Assembly: GCA_040285855.1 (NCBI GenBank)
Contig: JAUFOQ010000006.1
Location: forward strand, 372,001-436,000
DNA length: 64,000 bases
Direction of reading: 5' to 3'
From: Eukaryota sp. GEM-RC1
Taxonomy: Eukaryota
Shown here: positions 21,678 through 35,038 of the stretch, one piece after another
How positions within the stretch are numbered: position 1 is the first letter of the stretch
How the letters are laid out: every line of letters starts with the position of its first letter
Position numbers and translations under genes: made by a program
Notes under the pieces: generated by a model
Database searches by the model: none
The model's input: the letters and a program-made list of their open reading frames with translations, nothing else
What the model was told of the DNA's origin: nothing

Positions 21678-24600
21678 CTAATTAAATTCATTTTGACTAA
21701 TATACTCATGAAGCTGAGGAACTCTATCTACTGCTTCTTTTGGTAACATTTTCAACAAACAAAGGACAGTTTTCTGTTCTTGATTCAGAACGACAAACAT
21801 TTTCCGAAAGAAGAAATAAGCGAAAACAATGGCTACAATACTTGCAAAGAACATAGTGAAGAAAAACGATCTACCTTGAGATTCGAACTGCCGACCGACT
21901 GATAATAAAACATCTTGTCCCTTAAGTAACAACTCTCTTGCAGTAGTACAAGATTTAAAATACGCGGAAAGCTGCGCTCCCAATAATTCGTTCTGCAGTA
22001 TCTTTTTAATAATTTCCCCAATTTCTAACAGTTTAACATGGAAACCTCCAGTTGTATCTTCAGTAAACTGGGTGTTATAAAAGATCGCTACAATATCGTG
22101 ATCAACTGACTTAGACGATCTCATGAAGGAATTGTAACTATGACGTATACTTACTAAAGTGGGCGTGATTAGACTGTGAGAACTACTCGCTGGAACACCA
22201 TTCAATACAGACTGAAAAGTTTGGAAACTTAAATATTCTAAATCTGTTGAGACATTTGTAAGATCACCCATGACACCGATTAAGTTTGAAATTTTAAAAT
22301 TAAAAAATATTAGAATTGCAATACTCAACAACAATAGCAGAATTAAAACAAAAACAATAAGACAGAAATGGATTCTAAATCTAGAAAGATGAGTGTCTGT
22401 CACGGGTTGCTTGATTGGAATGTTTACAGTCATCTGTTTTCGCCTGTTTGAAAGTAACAGTAAGGCAAATACGAGTACAGAAATAATTAAAATTGAGATG
22501 GTCAAAGAAAAGATCATGATTGAATTAGGCTCAGATTGAAACGTGTCACTTTTGGCATTGATTGAATCGATTATGGACCAAATTTTGGAGAATTTGGAAT
22601 TAACTAAATTATTAAAATTTGTGCCAAATAGTAGCGAATAAGAAAGTGAAGTCCTGACTGTTATCGGGAGATTCATATCCAACGTAGAATTATTTAATCC
22701 AGAGTATAAATCTTGATCTTGTAATGGAATCACATTAATATTCCAATCAAACCGACTGTCATAACACCATTGATTGTAAACGTCATCAGATGACACAAGA
22801 CGGCACGAAATTGCAAGAATTCGAAATACTTGAGAGGAATGATCAACAGCAGAAAGAGCTTCTTCAAGTTCTGAAACAAAACTTTGACAAAGCGATTGGT
22901 CTTCAAACAAAAGACAAAAGTCAGTATTGGTAATCATTTTGAGCTGTATTTCCAGAGAAGTCAGCCAATCAAGTGCATATTCGTATCGAATCAATGAGGG
23001 ATTTACTACAAATTTTTCAAAATGAGTGATGGTTTGTCGTAATGAATTTTGAATTTCAGTGAAATGTTCTAATAGTTGGTGAACGTCTGAAAAGGACTTT
23101 TGATCTTGGGAAATATTTGAAGATGAATTGAACGAGTAAATGACCAGTACAACAGAAAGAGACAGTTGAATTAATAGAAAAAGGTAAGATTTTGAAAGTG
23201 TTGATTCCTGTTCACTATAACAATAAGGAAAATAGCCACAATTAGAATCAATACAGAAACACCAGAGAAAACGGAAATTAAAAACTGCTGAGATTGCAAT
23301 ATTTCAAAGATGTTATTCGAAAAATCAGCAGCAGATTCAAATAAAGTATTAATAATAAGTCTCGACTTAGAAGAAAATGATAGATGATTATCAAAATAAC
23401 GATCATTAGCGAGAACATCAGTGGAAATTTTTAATAATTCTGAAGAAGTTAAATTTGTCAAATCAAAATTTGAATTTGAATAAGGAAAACACTGAGGATA
23501 TTTGACCAACGTCATGAGAAACGACTTCTCCTCTTCAAAATCATAAGTAAAATTATTTAAAAATTGTACATGTTGTTGATCTGTATCATACGCCACACTC
23601 CCAGTCAAAGAGAAATTCGTTGAAAATAGTTAAAATTTTCAAAAAGTGATTGGATTTCACCTAAATCCGCAACGTCATCTAATAGTAGCGACAAAGTAAA
23701 TACTGCGTTGAACAGTTCCATTCGATGTGTAAGCTCCGCATACAATGATAAATATAAAGGATTTCCAGAAAATGCAAACTTCTGGGCTAGTGAAGAAGAT
23801 TCATAAACCAAATCAAAATCTGCAATCAAATTGGACAGTGATTCAAAGTTATTGAGCGCCAATCGTAAATCGGACTCACTGGAACCCACAATCAAAGAGG
23901 ACAACGTCAACGCCAAAAGAGTCACAGCCAAAAGGAACAACAACAGTTTACAGCGAGCTTCCGATTCCCTCACAATCTTACCTAATGACGTGTGACTTTC
24001 CTCTTCAACTAAATCACCATCTTTTTCCTTGGACCCCTCCAAATTTGCATTTTGAGAAGACAATTCTATTTTTGCAAAATCAGACTCAGATTCAACGTCC
24101 TTTAAGAAAATGTCAAAACCAACAGACCCGACAAATCTGCCAAATTTAAATATTGGACTACAGACTGTAACTAACTGAGACTCAAAACCACCAAAATCAT
24201 AAGAGTAAGGCTCAGTTCTATGAAACCTTCCTGTTTCTTTAGGCACATTATAGAACTCTTCACGATCAACATCAGGCATTGCCCCAACCTCAAGCCGACC
24301 ATTTTCTCTATAAACCATTGGAGTAAACCTACCGTCCTTGTCATGTCCTTTAGAACATCCAAAGTCAGAATCATCGTACTGATCGGATTCAAAGGCAGCC
24401 CAAGCACATTGAAAACGAGAGCATTTGACTAGCGACTGTCTGAGAATATCAATTACTTTAGTTCTGGGACTGTTTTTGAGTAGAACTTCATCAATTGAGA
24501 GTAGAACTTGCCGAATGTTGAATCTGGCCGTTTCCACAACCAGAGCATTACTGGGATCGTCCTTGGGAAACAGTAGGTAGGCGTTGAGGGCAGTGGACTT

Positions 24601-27141
24601 GTAGGAGACAAGTTCATCAAAGGCTTTAGTGGAAACAATAAAAGGAGAGCTAAAACAAAAATGAAGCAGAAGAGCGCCAAAGATGAGAAAAAAAGGACAA
24701 ATATGAAACATGAAGCTTGTACTGAATTTACAAAAAAATCAAAAAAACTCAATATTTCATTTTTGAAAGCAGGAAAGTTCGCCAGAATATACCATGGATC
24801 TTCTACACTGTCTTCTTCCACAACTTTCTTTCCATAATTACCGGCCTCAGTACAGAAAGAGAGACCCATTTCCCAAACAGAAGTGAAGTCAGTACTCATA
24901 TAAACAGGATTGAAAGACAGTGGATAGGTGACAACTACCCTGGAAGTGGTGAAGATCTTATTTAATTCATAGGGAAGAGCTGTAGGGGAGGGGGAGGGAA
25001 GATGGGCAAGAAGACTGAGCTAATGTTGAACCAGTGGCTAATCTATTTAAATGAAATGACAAGTGTTCAGCTTCTGCAACGAGAACATCAGCCGCATCAG
25101 AGAAAAACGTGGAAATATTAAACATTTCAGCTAATTTTGATTGAATGATGGATACTGGAAGTTGGAAAGTTGATTGGGTTACGTGACTCATTTCCAGAAT
25201 TAAATTGAGATCAACTTGCCAATGATTGAACTGCAGCACAGCAGATGATACAGTAAGTACCTGAAGCAACACAAAAGCAATCAGAAAAAAGGTAACTAAA
25301 AAGTGTAAAAACGATTTTGATTTTGATTTTTGAAATGTGGCTGACCGAATTTTCTGCTTGTTTCTACTTCTGATACTCAAAACACTCTTATTGATACTGG
25401 TACCAGTCATAATTGATCCATTATTAGATCCAGATCCAGAAAGTGATTCTTTCCCAGCAATCAACGACGTGGCGATTGTCTCTAAATAGTCAGCCGTATC
25501 ATCATCACGTTCAACTTCCCTCATATACCAAGAAAACCGTTGAACAATAGGGTAATCATCATATCCAGCGTCGAAAAACTGGGAAAAATGCTTCACGGTC
25601 ATCTCCTTAGATGAATGCAAGTCGTTAAGAATCTTACAGACTTTTGATAGGTCCACGTTTTTCTGAAGTAGAGCATTCCAGAATGAAGCAATGACTGATA
25701 GGCAATTGTGATATGAAGAATCAATATTTGACATTAATTTAGATTTGTTGTGGTAATGAGCATCAGTAATCATGTGGTGAGATCCACTAGCTCTCTTTAA
25801 CGATTCAACTTTTTGAGATAAGTTGAAAATCATCCATTTTTGAAAAATTGACTTATCCGAATCGTGATTCATTACAGAGTTCAACATGTTTTTGGCGGGA
25901 AGAAATTGTTGAGTAACATAGGTATGGTACATTGCCATAAATATTAGAAACGAAACCGAATCCTCAAATATTGGAGTTAATTCAGCTAAAAGACCATCAA
26001 AAATAGTCTGGTATTTTGATAGTAACGGTTTTGGTAGAAGAGCTCTAAACAAATGATCAACTTGACGAACGGAAGAAATCTGCCGCATAAGGGAATCGAA
26101 CTCCTGCGAACCAATGGAATCACAAGATGAAATTACCAATGCACGGCAGATATACTGTCTTTTAAATATAAAACCAGAGATTAATCCAATTGGAACCATC
26201 ATACTCAGAAACAAAATCAAATTGACATGTCCATTAGAAATAGAGAAAATGGAATGTATAAGAAATGCCAATGCTGAACCCACCCAGAAACCCATGAAAA
26301 GCCCACTTTTTAAAGTAGTAGTTTTACTGTAGAAAGGTTGGTAACGGTAGAAGGCGGTCCAGCTATTAAGAGAACCAGCGAGGAAGGCAGTACGGATCAG
26401 CCAGTATCTATAGGGAAAGGCGTATAAGAGGAAGAGAAAAGAGAGAAAAGAGTAGAGCGTCACCGTATGGGCATAAGAGCTAGAAACGGCGAACTTATCG
26501 TTAGCTAAAGGAGAAAAGGTGTGAAGTAGCTGAAATCGGATGACAGCAGATAGAACAAGAACAACAACGAGAATGAGAGCAAATAAGCGACGAGCTATTT
26601 CCCAAGGATCATGACACTGAGAAGGAGAAACAACTTGTACGACGAACAATGTTTGAGTTGAATCGACTCCGCAGACTACAAAGGAGAGCAGAACATTCAG
26701 AAATGGAATCACGAGTATAGTTAAGGATATATATAGTACACCACTGTAACAACGCAGCCAGAAAGGAAAACCTGCTTGTTTTTTAGCTTCAAAAAACCCA
26801 GAAAAGCAAAGGATTAACAAGGGTATGAACAGAACAAAGAGAAAGACAGCCACAAACCAAAAGGCCACAGCAGAATTTAAACCAAGGAGACGATCATCCT
26901 TGAAGAGCAGACTCAACAACTTAAAGATAATTTGCAGATCTAGGATACTGTGGAAGTCAACAACTTTGACGACAAATCCAACAACTTGAAGCAATAACAA
27001 AGAATAGAGAAACCCTGACAACTTCCTCAAGAATCCTTCTGGGAATAGAGCATGAAGAGTCACAAAGATTGGGCTACGCTGATATTGTGTTTCTTGTGTG
27101 TAAGACTTAGACGATTCACTTAGAGCAGCATTTGATCGCAT
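21678..27141 (-). CDS. Giant TmcB/TmcC-like multi-pass membrane protein with an inserted Cache sensor domain (frameshifted in this assembly)
   Basis: N-terminal TM bundle (LLQVV, C..C loop, QPFY); helical domain FWNALL..FSWYMREVERD; further TM pairs; C-terminal EQKTVLCLLKMLP. Five consecutive same-strand ORF pieces. Confidence 0.75.
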
Positions 27142-27409
27142 TTTGGCCTCTTGCAGTTTCCAATTCCCAATTTCAGACTTTTTTTGACTACACTATATGG
27201 ATAATCCAATTTTCCATATCATACATGTGCATCGAAAAGTGCATTGGAACATTTAGTTCGACGTTTATCATAATTCGCATAAAAATCATGTTTGCTTAAC
27301 ATTACCGACAGGCACATTTGTGTCCAATTTATTTCTCAATATTTTTTTAATAGTTAATACAAGCAGAAATTGCACACTTGACAGCGTATTAAACTGATCT
27401 CAACATCCA

Positions 27410-27700
27410 TTTGTACTACGAACTGTGAAGAGAAAAGAAGCGTAAGTTTAGAATGGCTGAATGGAAAAACCGTTTTGTGTTTTCCATGTATCGGAATATG
27501 CCTTTCTATTTCTCTTGATTAGTTGAGAAATTGTACAGGCTTGGTGTGAAGGTTACTGTTGAAAAACGTAATCATTTTCCAGATAGGGATGAAGTCGTTT
27601 GGATTTAGTCTTAGTATTGTTTGTTTGTTTTTGTAATTTCATAGTTTTGTTGGAATGTTACCTTATTGGGTATCGAATAAATCTGTCTTTTTGTACTACT
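27410..27700 (+). mobile_element. 3' fragment of a CRE-like non-LTR element
   Basis: Translates to KFRMAEWKNRFVF..MYRNMPFYFS*LVEKLYR, homologous to the C-terminus of ORF 10855-11253, followed by the shared 3' UTR motif. Ends approximate. Confidence 0.7.
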
Positions 27701-27884
27701 AGTACTACAGTAGTGTGTAACCAAAAGCAATTACTGATTGTTGTTGTTGAAAAGAACAGCAAACCATATTGATTTGTAGAAATCAACTGAACAAAAGTGG
27801 TTTTGTGAAATTTACCGCATACGTGTTTTGGAAACAATTTACACAGATTCATTTTGAACAAGCTTTATACAACAACTAAACAAA

Positions 27885-30800
27885 CTAACAATTTTCAATG
27901 AAATCTCTAATAACTTCTACGGAATCAATGGCTTTTTGTGGTAACATTTGGAGTAATAACATTACAGTTTGTTCTTCTTCGGACAATTGATTAATCATTG
28001 TTCTAAAGATAAAGAAATATTCCAATAAAATAACAACAAGTATAGAAAAAATACAATTACTACCAAATTTCTGAATCTATTCAAAAATGATTGAGAGTCA
28101 TCACGATACACTGCTAAAGATTCATATAACAAAGTCGACAAAGTTCTTGACTGGGAAATTAAATCATGTAAAAGAGGATTGTCGCCATCAATCACTGTGT
28201 CAAAAGAAGCAAGTCGTGTCGAAATTTGAATAAAATTTTCAAATAAAGCATGAATGCCACTGTTTGAGATCGAACCGTTCAATGAGAAACCACTATCAAA
28301 CAGCATTGAGTCTTGAATTCCATCAACTCCAATTGAACCCAAAAGATCATCATCACCAAATAATAATTGTAAATGTTTTTCTCTTAATTGTTCGGCAATA
28401 AATGAAACAATACTTGATTGTAAAGGAGAATCATTGTCAAGTAGAAGTAACGAACCTGCAGTTACCCTTTTGGTCATGATAAACCGTTCTCCAGCTAACC
28501 ACATAGAATTAACCCTAGGAATAGACTCAAGAGACATAAAGATTGCAAGATAATAGAAGAGAGAAATCAAAATAGCCAAGAAAGTAAGAGCAGAAATATA
28601 CTTAATTTTTAAAATTTTCATAGCTGAAAAGACAAGTTTTTCTCTCACGTGACGTTTCTTATTTGACTGTTTAGAGAGAGAGAAATAAAACAAAATAATA
28701 GACAGAGTAATTAAAAAACAGGTAATAACAAGAAAAACAATCAAAGAAAAGAAATTTGAATTAAAGACAAATTCTGAGTGTTCAATAGTTTGGGTAGAAG
28801 CAGTTTCAAAATTGTCTCCAATGTGGGTTAAGAACTCATAATCTCGAGCCAAAACGTGATAATAGATATCAGAGACAATAATAGATTGTGCCAATCTAAT
28901 TTGATTGTGAATTGGTAACGACATATCGTGGGTGTTGTTTGCATAAAACAAATTCCAATCAATATAATGAAATCTAGTTTTAAAATCCCAATAATCTTGC
29001 TCATTTGAAAAATTCCATTCTAATGACCGATCAATAATCATTTCTGGAATGTTAAATCCACTGGCAGCAAGAGTAATAGCAACATCTTCAATAAATCTCG
29101 AATCCGCGAAAGCAAACTCTTTAATAGAATTATAAAAATCTGACAAGAATCACTGAACTCAGAGGTGATGTCTGAGTTCAAAACATGATCAGAAGTTTTC
29201 AAAAATTGATCAAAGAACGGTCTTCTTGTGGTGACTTCATTGTATGCGATAGCATTTCCAAATTGAACAAAAATATTAACAAAATATTCACTAATCATTT
29301 CGTTAAAATCTACTACAGTAAAAGAAGAGTCAATTTCTAATTTTGATGAAATATTCGAATAAAATGATGTAAATGAATTATAAGTCGAAATAACAAAAAT
29401 GATTGACCCAATTAAAGAAATAACTATCATAAATAAGAACACAAGCGATGGGATTCTGAGAGTAAAAAATGAGAAGAATTTAAAACTAGAGAAAATTAAA
29501 AATATAACGAACACCAAAGTAGCAACTAAGACAGTAAGAACAGAAATGACATTAAATTGTACTGATTCATTTACAGTCTCAACTCGCACTGAAAAACGGG
29601 AAAAGACTTCATTGACAAAATTTAAAATATTTGAAATCCGATCAGCGTCCAACTCCATGTGTCGGCGGTTAGTAACAATTGATCTAGAAAGAGTTCTTAA
29701 CTCTTCCTGTTCAAGTTGAGAGTCTTTTTCTAAAGAAGAATACCAATAATCAATATCAGAATATTCGAGATCAGTCAATTCCCAATCAGTTTCCTTGGTG
29801 ACGTCATAAGTGATTGAAGCAACATTGGGCATATCGAAATCAGAATAGTTAAATGCTAATTGAGCTATTTTAATTACAATTAAGTCTTTGTACTCCATTG
29901 TCTCTTGATAAAACTTAAAATTTCCTAAATATTGCAAAGCACTGGGATCAACATCCACACTGCGTAAAGCTGAAAACGCATTTGTTTGTTCCAGTGAATA
30001 AAAAGTTGCAAAATAGCGATGATAATACCTTAAATTACCAGTACTGGCAAACGCAACAACACTTTTAGACATTTCCAGAACATTAAAAAGGAGAAGCTCA
30101 ACACTTTCTGGAAACAATAGTAACTTCAGCTGATCGATCTGTTAAATGTTGAACCTGATTAGTTAATTGAAACATTAATGTAGAAATTGAAGCAATCGCA
30201 AATAATACGAAAAAAGGGAACATAGAATTGCCCAAAACTTCCATCCATTAGATGTTCGTTGTTCCTTTACGACAGTTTTTTCAGTTTTAGAATCGTAATT
30301 AGTGAGGATTTCCAAATTAACTGCTTCGTCATCATGAGCAGGCAATGATCGTGGAGAATCAACTTGAGATCGTGGAGAATCAATGGAAGACAATCGTCTA
30401 CGTAAGGGGGTATTAGCATGTTGGTCAATTATACTTTGAGAGGTAATACGACTTCCAGAGAACTTATCTTGATCAAGAATTTCAGAGACAGAATCTGGTG
30501 GAACATATAGGAATAAATTGAAAATTTCATTCTTATTTTGAATAATTTCGTGGAGAGCTCGTCCAAACAGGAAAACTCCAATAACGACAACAATAGCAAG
30601 AGATGCAATAATCGAAACAATATTAATTATGACAATCAGATTCAATTGATGAAGAACGTCATCTTTTAGAGCGGTCAAAAATGCCAAAACTCCATCATAG
30701 ATTTGTTCTCTATTTTGAACTAGAAAGAAGACATTAGAATGGTAAGAATCAAGGTCAGGGATGACTCTTTCAGTTTCATTTCTGCCAAATAGGAAAGCTC

Positions 30801-33253
30801 TTCTACAGTAATCAAATGATAATTCCCATAAGGAAACTATTTCTGATTGGGTGACGTGAGGAAAAGAAACGGAAAGTGATTCTCTGAAAATGGAAGGTGT
30901 TGTTAATTGATTTAAAACTTCTGGAGAAGTCAATGCAGGAATATCACTAACGACACCAATACAATCAAAAAGATCGGTAACAGTTGGTGAAATAGAACTA
31001 CCGATCAACAATCTTCTGAGATGAAACATTGCATGCTCTGCTTCAGAAATTAATCTGAATCTCAATTGGTCAATGGAAATATTGAAATTATATCCCATAA
31101 TTGAATTTGACAAAAGGAATGATTGGACTGTGACGTCTTGTAGAGCTCCTCCATAGTGATCAGTCTCAAATAAAAAGGAAAATTGTTCTGAAATTGATTG
31201 AACATCAATAACTAACTGAACAAAAGATAAGATACAAATAACAATAAGAATGATTAAAGCAATATGAACACTCACTCGAAGTTTCTCAGCACTTGAAGCA
31301 TTTTCACTGGACTTGTCACTACCCAAATTAAGAAGAATTGATTGGCCTTTTCTTCGTCTTTTAGACTTTCTTTTTTTGTTTCTGGCACTCGTGAATGATT
31401 TCCCAGTAACGGATTGATCAACACTTGATTGATCCCCAGCCGACGATTGACGGTCAGAATCGGCAAGTTCCATTTGAGTAAGTAAAGAGTCTGCAAACTC
31501 GTCATCAAGATTAATTTCACGTACAAATTTGGAATATGCTTCAAGAACTTCTTTATTACCAGGATGTTGACGAATAAGCTTTGTGAAATACGATTCTGCT
31601 TCAGTTTTACTTTGGTATATTCGTTCAGCAATCACAGGTAAATTGGCCAATGTAATTTGTGATTGATCTTCAACTAGTAATTGTTTCCAAAAAACACTCA
31701 AATAATCAAGACAATCTTTGTGGAGATCAATAGCAATTTTTAACTGTCGTTGCAGAACAAGAAAAGAGCTAGAATCAAGAGATTGACCAGTTGATTGTTC
31801 TCTTCTTAGATTGTCTGCCATCTTTTTTGATTGGACGAGGAAAAAATCATAATCAAATCGAAGATCAATTTCTAATTGATTGACTTGATTGACAATCGAA
31901 AGAGTTGCGATCGGATCCTTTCCATAACATAGCTCAAACACAGATTTACATAAGTAAACGTGAACTGAAGTTGGAAACTTTTCGATTGCAAAGTCAAGAA
32001 ACGATCGATAAAACGAAATATCTTGTTCTAAAATAGATCTTTTTAGATAGATTGGTCGTACAAAAAGCTCAGATCGATAAGGATTACACAATAACCGATC
32101 AAAAACGGCAAGTTTCCGTTCTTCAAATGACGTGACATCATCACCACCTTCCTCTTCTGTTTGAGTGGAATTCACATCAGTTGTTGAACCAAAGTCCCAA
32201 AAAGAAGAAGAACTAGGCAAAAGACCCAAACTTCTAGGTAAAAGATGAAGTTTGAATTTCAAATATTTACGAAACAATTTAGCAGCGACAGTTCCAGCAA
32301 GAAGTGGAACAACATAGATCAGAATAGTTCCAAGCCAAAGATGAACACTAAATCCAAATATTTCAAATATAATCCAAATACAAGAAACAGTCAAATAAAT
32401 TGTACAAATAAAAGCCATTAATGTGTTAGCTCGTATTCTAAAAAAAGGAGAATGTTTAACGAGAGTAAAAAGAAGAAAAAACACCAGAAAGAGGGAAAGA
32501 TATGGTAAAAACAATGGGCAAATGGTCAAACAAAGTCAACGAGATCGCAAGAAACACCTTGACCAAGAGCAAATAAATCAAAAATCTTCGATCAAGGGAG
32601 GCGAACAATCTTTTCGATGTAGGAAGAATGTCAGTAAACATGGAAGTTCTAATTAAAGAAACAATAAAGATAATAGACCATGCAAACAGAAACAGGGCTT
32701 TGAGAAACACGTTTTGAGTAGACCAACACTCGTTAGTTGGAATAGCGTAGAAAGAAGAATCATCAGAGCAACTGAGATGAGAAAAGGCAGTGATGGTAAA
32801 AGGAAGGAAGAAGATAGATGAAATGAGTTCAAAGAAGAATCTAGTGAGCGGAAACAAGAAGATCGACTTTGTGGTGGTTTTGGAGATCCAGAATCCTGAT
32901 CCTGTTAAAACGAGAATCAAGAGAGATGATGAGAGTAGGAGAATAGAGAGAACGTTGTAGTTAAAGAGAGACCATGAGGAAGGATTGTAGCCAGAGAAGG
33001 AGATGAACTGTAGGAAAGGGCGGAGATCCAAGTCTTTATGGATGAAAGGAAAACTGGTGTTAATGACTAGGGCTATAAGCTCTGGGATCAGGAGGAATCA
33101 GGACATACGCAGGAACTCCAGAAACAACACTGTTTGGGCCAAAATGTTGTGAGGCTTTGATGAACGGAAAACAAGATCAAAGAATGAATGAAAACCTTGG
33201 TTGATGTTGTAGGTTAGACTAGTCGACTGCATCGATCCATTATTGGATGACAT
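27885..33253 (-). CDS. TmcB/TmcC-like membrane protein, paralog A (one 27-nt intron; frameshifted in this assembly)
   Basis: ATG 33253 (MSSNNGS). Splicing restores LEFLQLIAL. HSPFF, FWKQLL..AYSKFVREI, LFLYVPP, EEQTVMLLLQMLP. Collinear with paralog B. Confidence 0.8.
33082..33108 (-). other. 27-nt spliceosomal intron
   Basis: GTATGT CCTGATTCCTC CTGAT CCCAG. Contains the only in-frame TGA in this part of the gene; removal keeps the frame. Confidence 0.85.
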
Positions 33254-33499
33254 TTGGGACAGGTGACGTTAAACAAGATCAATTTGGGCAATGGAGTGCA
33301 ATTTCGCTGACGTGTGTACCTTGACGTGTCAAGGCATACAAAAATTGTTTTTAGAACTACTACTAGTAGTACATGTACTGTACATGATGTACATATAGAA
33401 GGAACTTCCTCCTTTGTTGACCTATTTGTTGAAGATCGTCAACTGACGTCTAATATGATGCTCACTCAAATCCCTATTGTAAGATGAAAGATATCTGCA

Positions 33500-34990
33500 A
33501 TGTCTCTGCCTCCCAAATCCACCCGTCGAAGTACTGCCATCCCTTGTAGAAACGTTCAACTGCATGGTTATTGTAAGGATCAAGACACATGCACTTTTTC
33601 ACACGCACTTTCTTTTGACCAACTTCCAGGTCAAATTGCTGTCCTACAACCCCGTCGATCTCAATCTAGCCCCAGTTCTCCTCGATCTCGGTCGTCCTCT
33701 TTTGACTTATCTGCTCCTTCTTTTGTCCCTAAGCGTGAATCACGACCTTCTTCAGCTCCAAGACTTCCACCTGCCATTACTTCCCCAAAACATCACTCAC
33801 CATCTTCCCCCTCTTTCCTCTCCAAAAGATCTTCTGTTTTCACTTTGCCAGATTCTCTTCGTCACACAGTAATCTCTAACAACAAGATCATTCTAAGTCA
33901 GTCTGAAACTAATACTGAGATTCGGTTTCTCCAAGGTCTACTTACCAATCATTTTGGACTTACTTTAGACTGGTTGTACTTGGATCATTCGTTTTCATTT
34001 TCGGATTCGATCTTTTCAAAATCTAAAATTTTCAAATTTGTTTGTCAGCGAGATGGATTAGCATACACTTGTAGATTTTTCAATTTATCAACTCTGGAAC
34101 TCCAAATGCCTCTCGAAATATTTGATTATTTTGATTATCTCTTCAAGTCTGATCATCCTTTATTTGCTTCTCCCATCAAATGTTTCTATGATAACGATCT
34201 TACTCCTTCTGGGGTTCTGTTTTGCCATTACTTTGAGCACGGAACGTCTCTCAAGAAGATATTGTCAAAGAAATCGATTTTGTCTGTTGATTTGATTTAT
34301 GACCTCATTGTTTCCGTTCTAAACATGGTAAAGGGTTGTCATTCACATGATTTGTATGTGGGAATTGACACGTCTCGGTTACTTTGCTGTGACGGACGAT
34401 TTCTCATGACTTCTATTGGAGTTTATAACTGCCTTGAATCTCGCCCTTTACACTCTGATTTTGTTGGTTTAGCAAGAGTTATTGGAGATTGTTTGGGGGT
34501 TAGTAGTAACGGGAACTTCTTAGAAAACATTAAGATCAAGGGAAATTACGATCTGTTTGAGTTTGTCAGTCAATTAATGGACTCGAATTGCACCATTTCA
34601 AGTGTTTTGAATTCTGTGTTTATTAAAGATTTACAGCATGTTTTTATGTTAAACATGCTCAAAAAACAAAAATCTTACTATTATTCGCTGTCAATTGAAC
34701 ATTCAAACGGTCGACTTCTCAAGTTGTTAGCCAAGCTGTCGTTTGTAATTTCAGAAAATCTCTACGTTACCAATTCCCAATCATATGCATTACGAATGTT
34801 TTGGAAGTTTTTATTTGAATCTCCTAAAGTTGACTGGAGTTTTGTTTATAATTGTTTAAATAAGCTTGATCATTGTGTCGATGAGTACCTTTTTTTAGAA
34901 GACGTTGAGCTGCAAAATGCAATTGTCGTGTCCTATTCCGATCTTGGTAAAGCTTTAAACAAAACATTTGAATTATTGATTAGTAAATAG
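33500..34990 (+). CDS. PAN3: PAN2-PAN3 deadenylase subunit PAN3
   Basis: CCCH finger CRNVQLHGYCKDQDTCTFSH; PAM2-like LSAPSFVP; pseudokinase region; C-terminal NGRLLKLLAKLSFV..CLNKLD..VVSYSDL. Confidence 0.92.
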   Translation: MSLPPKSTRRSTAIPCRNVQLHGYCKDQDTCTFSHALSFDQLPGQIAVLQPRRSQSSPSSPRSRSSSFDLSAPSFVPKRESRPSSAPRLPPAITSPKHHSPSSPSFLSKRSSVFTLPDSLRHTVISNNKIILSQSETNTEIRFLQGLLTNHFGLTLDWLYLDHSFSFSDSIFSKSKIFKFVCQRDGLAYTCRFFNLSTLELQMPLEIFDYFDYLFKSDHPLFASPIKCFYDNDLTPSGVLFCHYFEHGTSLKKILSKKSILSVDLIYDLIVSVLNMVKGCHSHDLYVGIDTSRLLCCDGRFLMTSIGVYNCLESRPLHSDFVGLARVIGDCLGVSSNGNFLENIKIKGNYDLFEFVSQLMDSNCTISSVLNSVFIKDLQHVFMLNMLKKQKSYYYSLSIEHSNGRLLKLLAKLSFVISENLYVTNSQSYALRMFWKFLFESPKVDWSFVYNCLNKLDHCVDEYLFLEDVELQNAIVVSYSDLGKALNKTFELLISK

Positions 34991-35038
34991 ATATTATTGA
35001 GTTTTTTTCATTGTGTTATAAAGCTCAAGAATTAATGG

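Noticed and set aside
32440..32490. GT..polypyrimidine..AG intron explaining the frame break in the TmcB paralogs
   Set aside because: It would delete the HSPFF motif conserved in the third paralog (QPFY), and it lacks the GTATGT 5' site.
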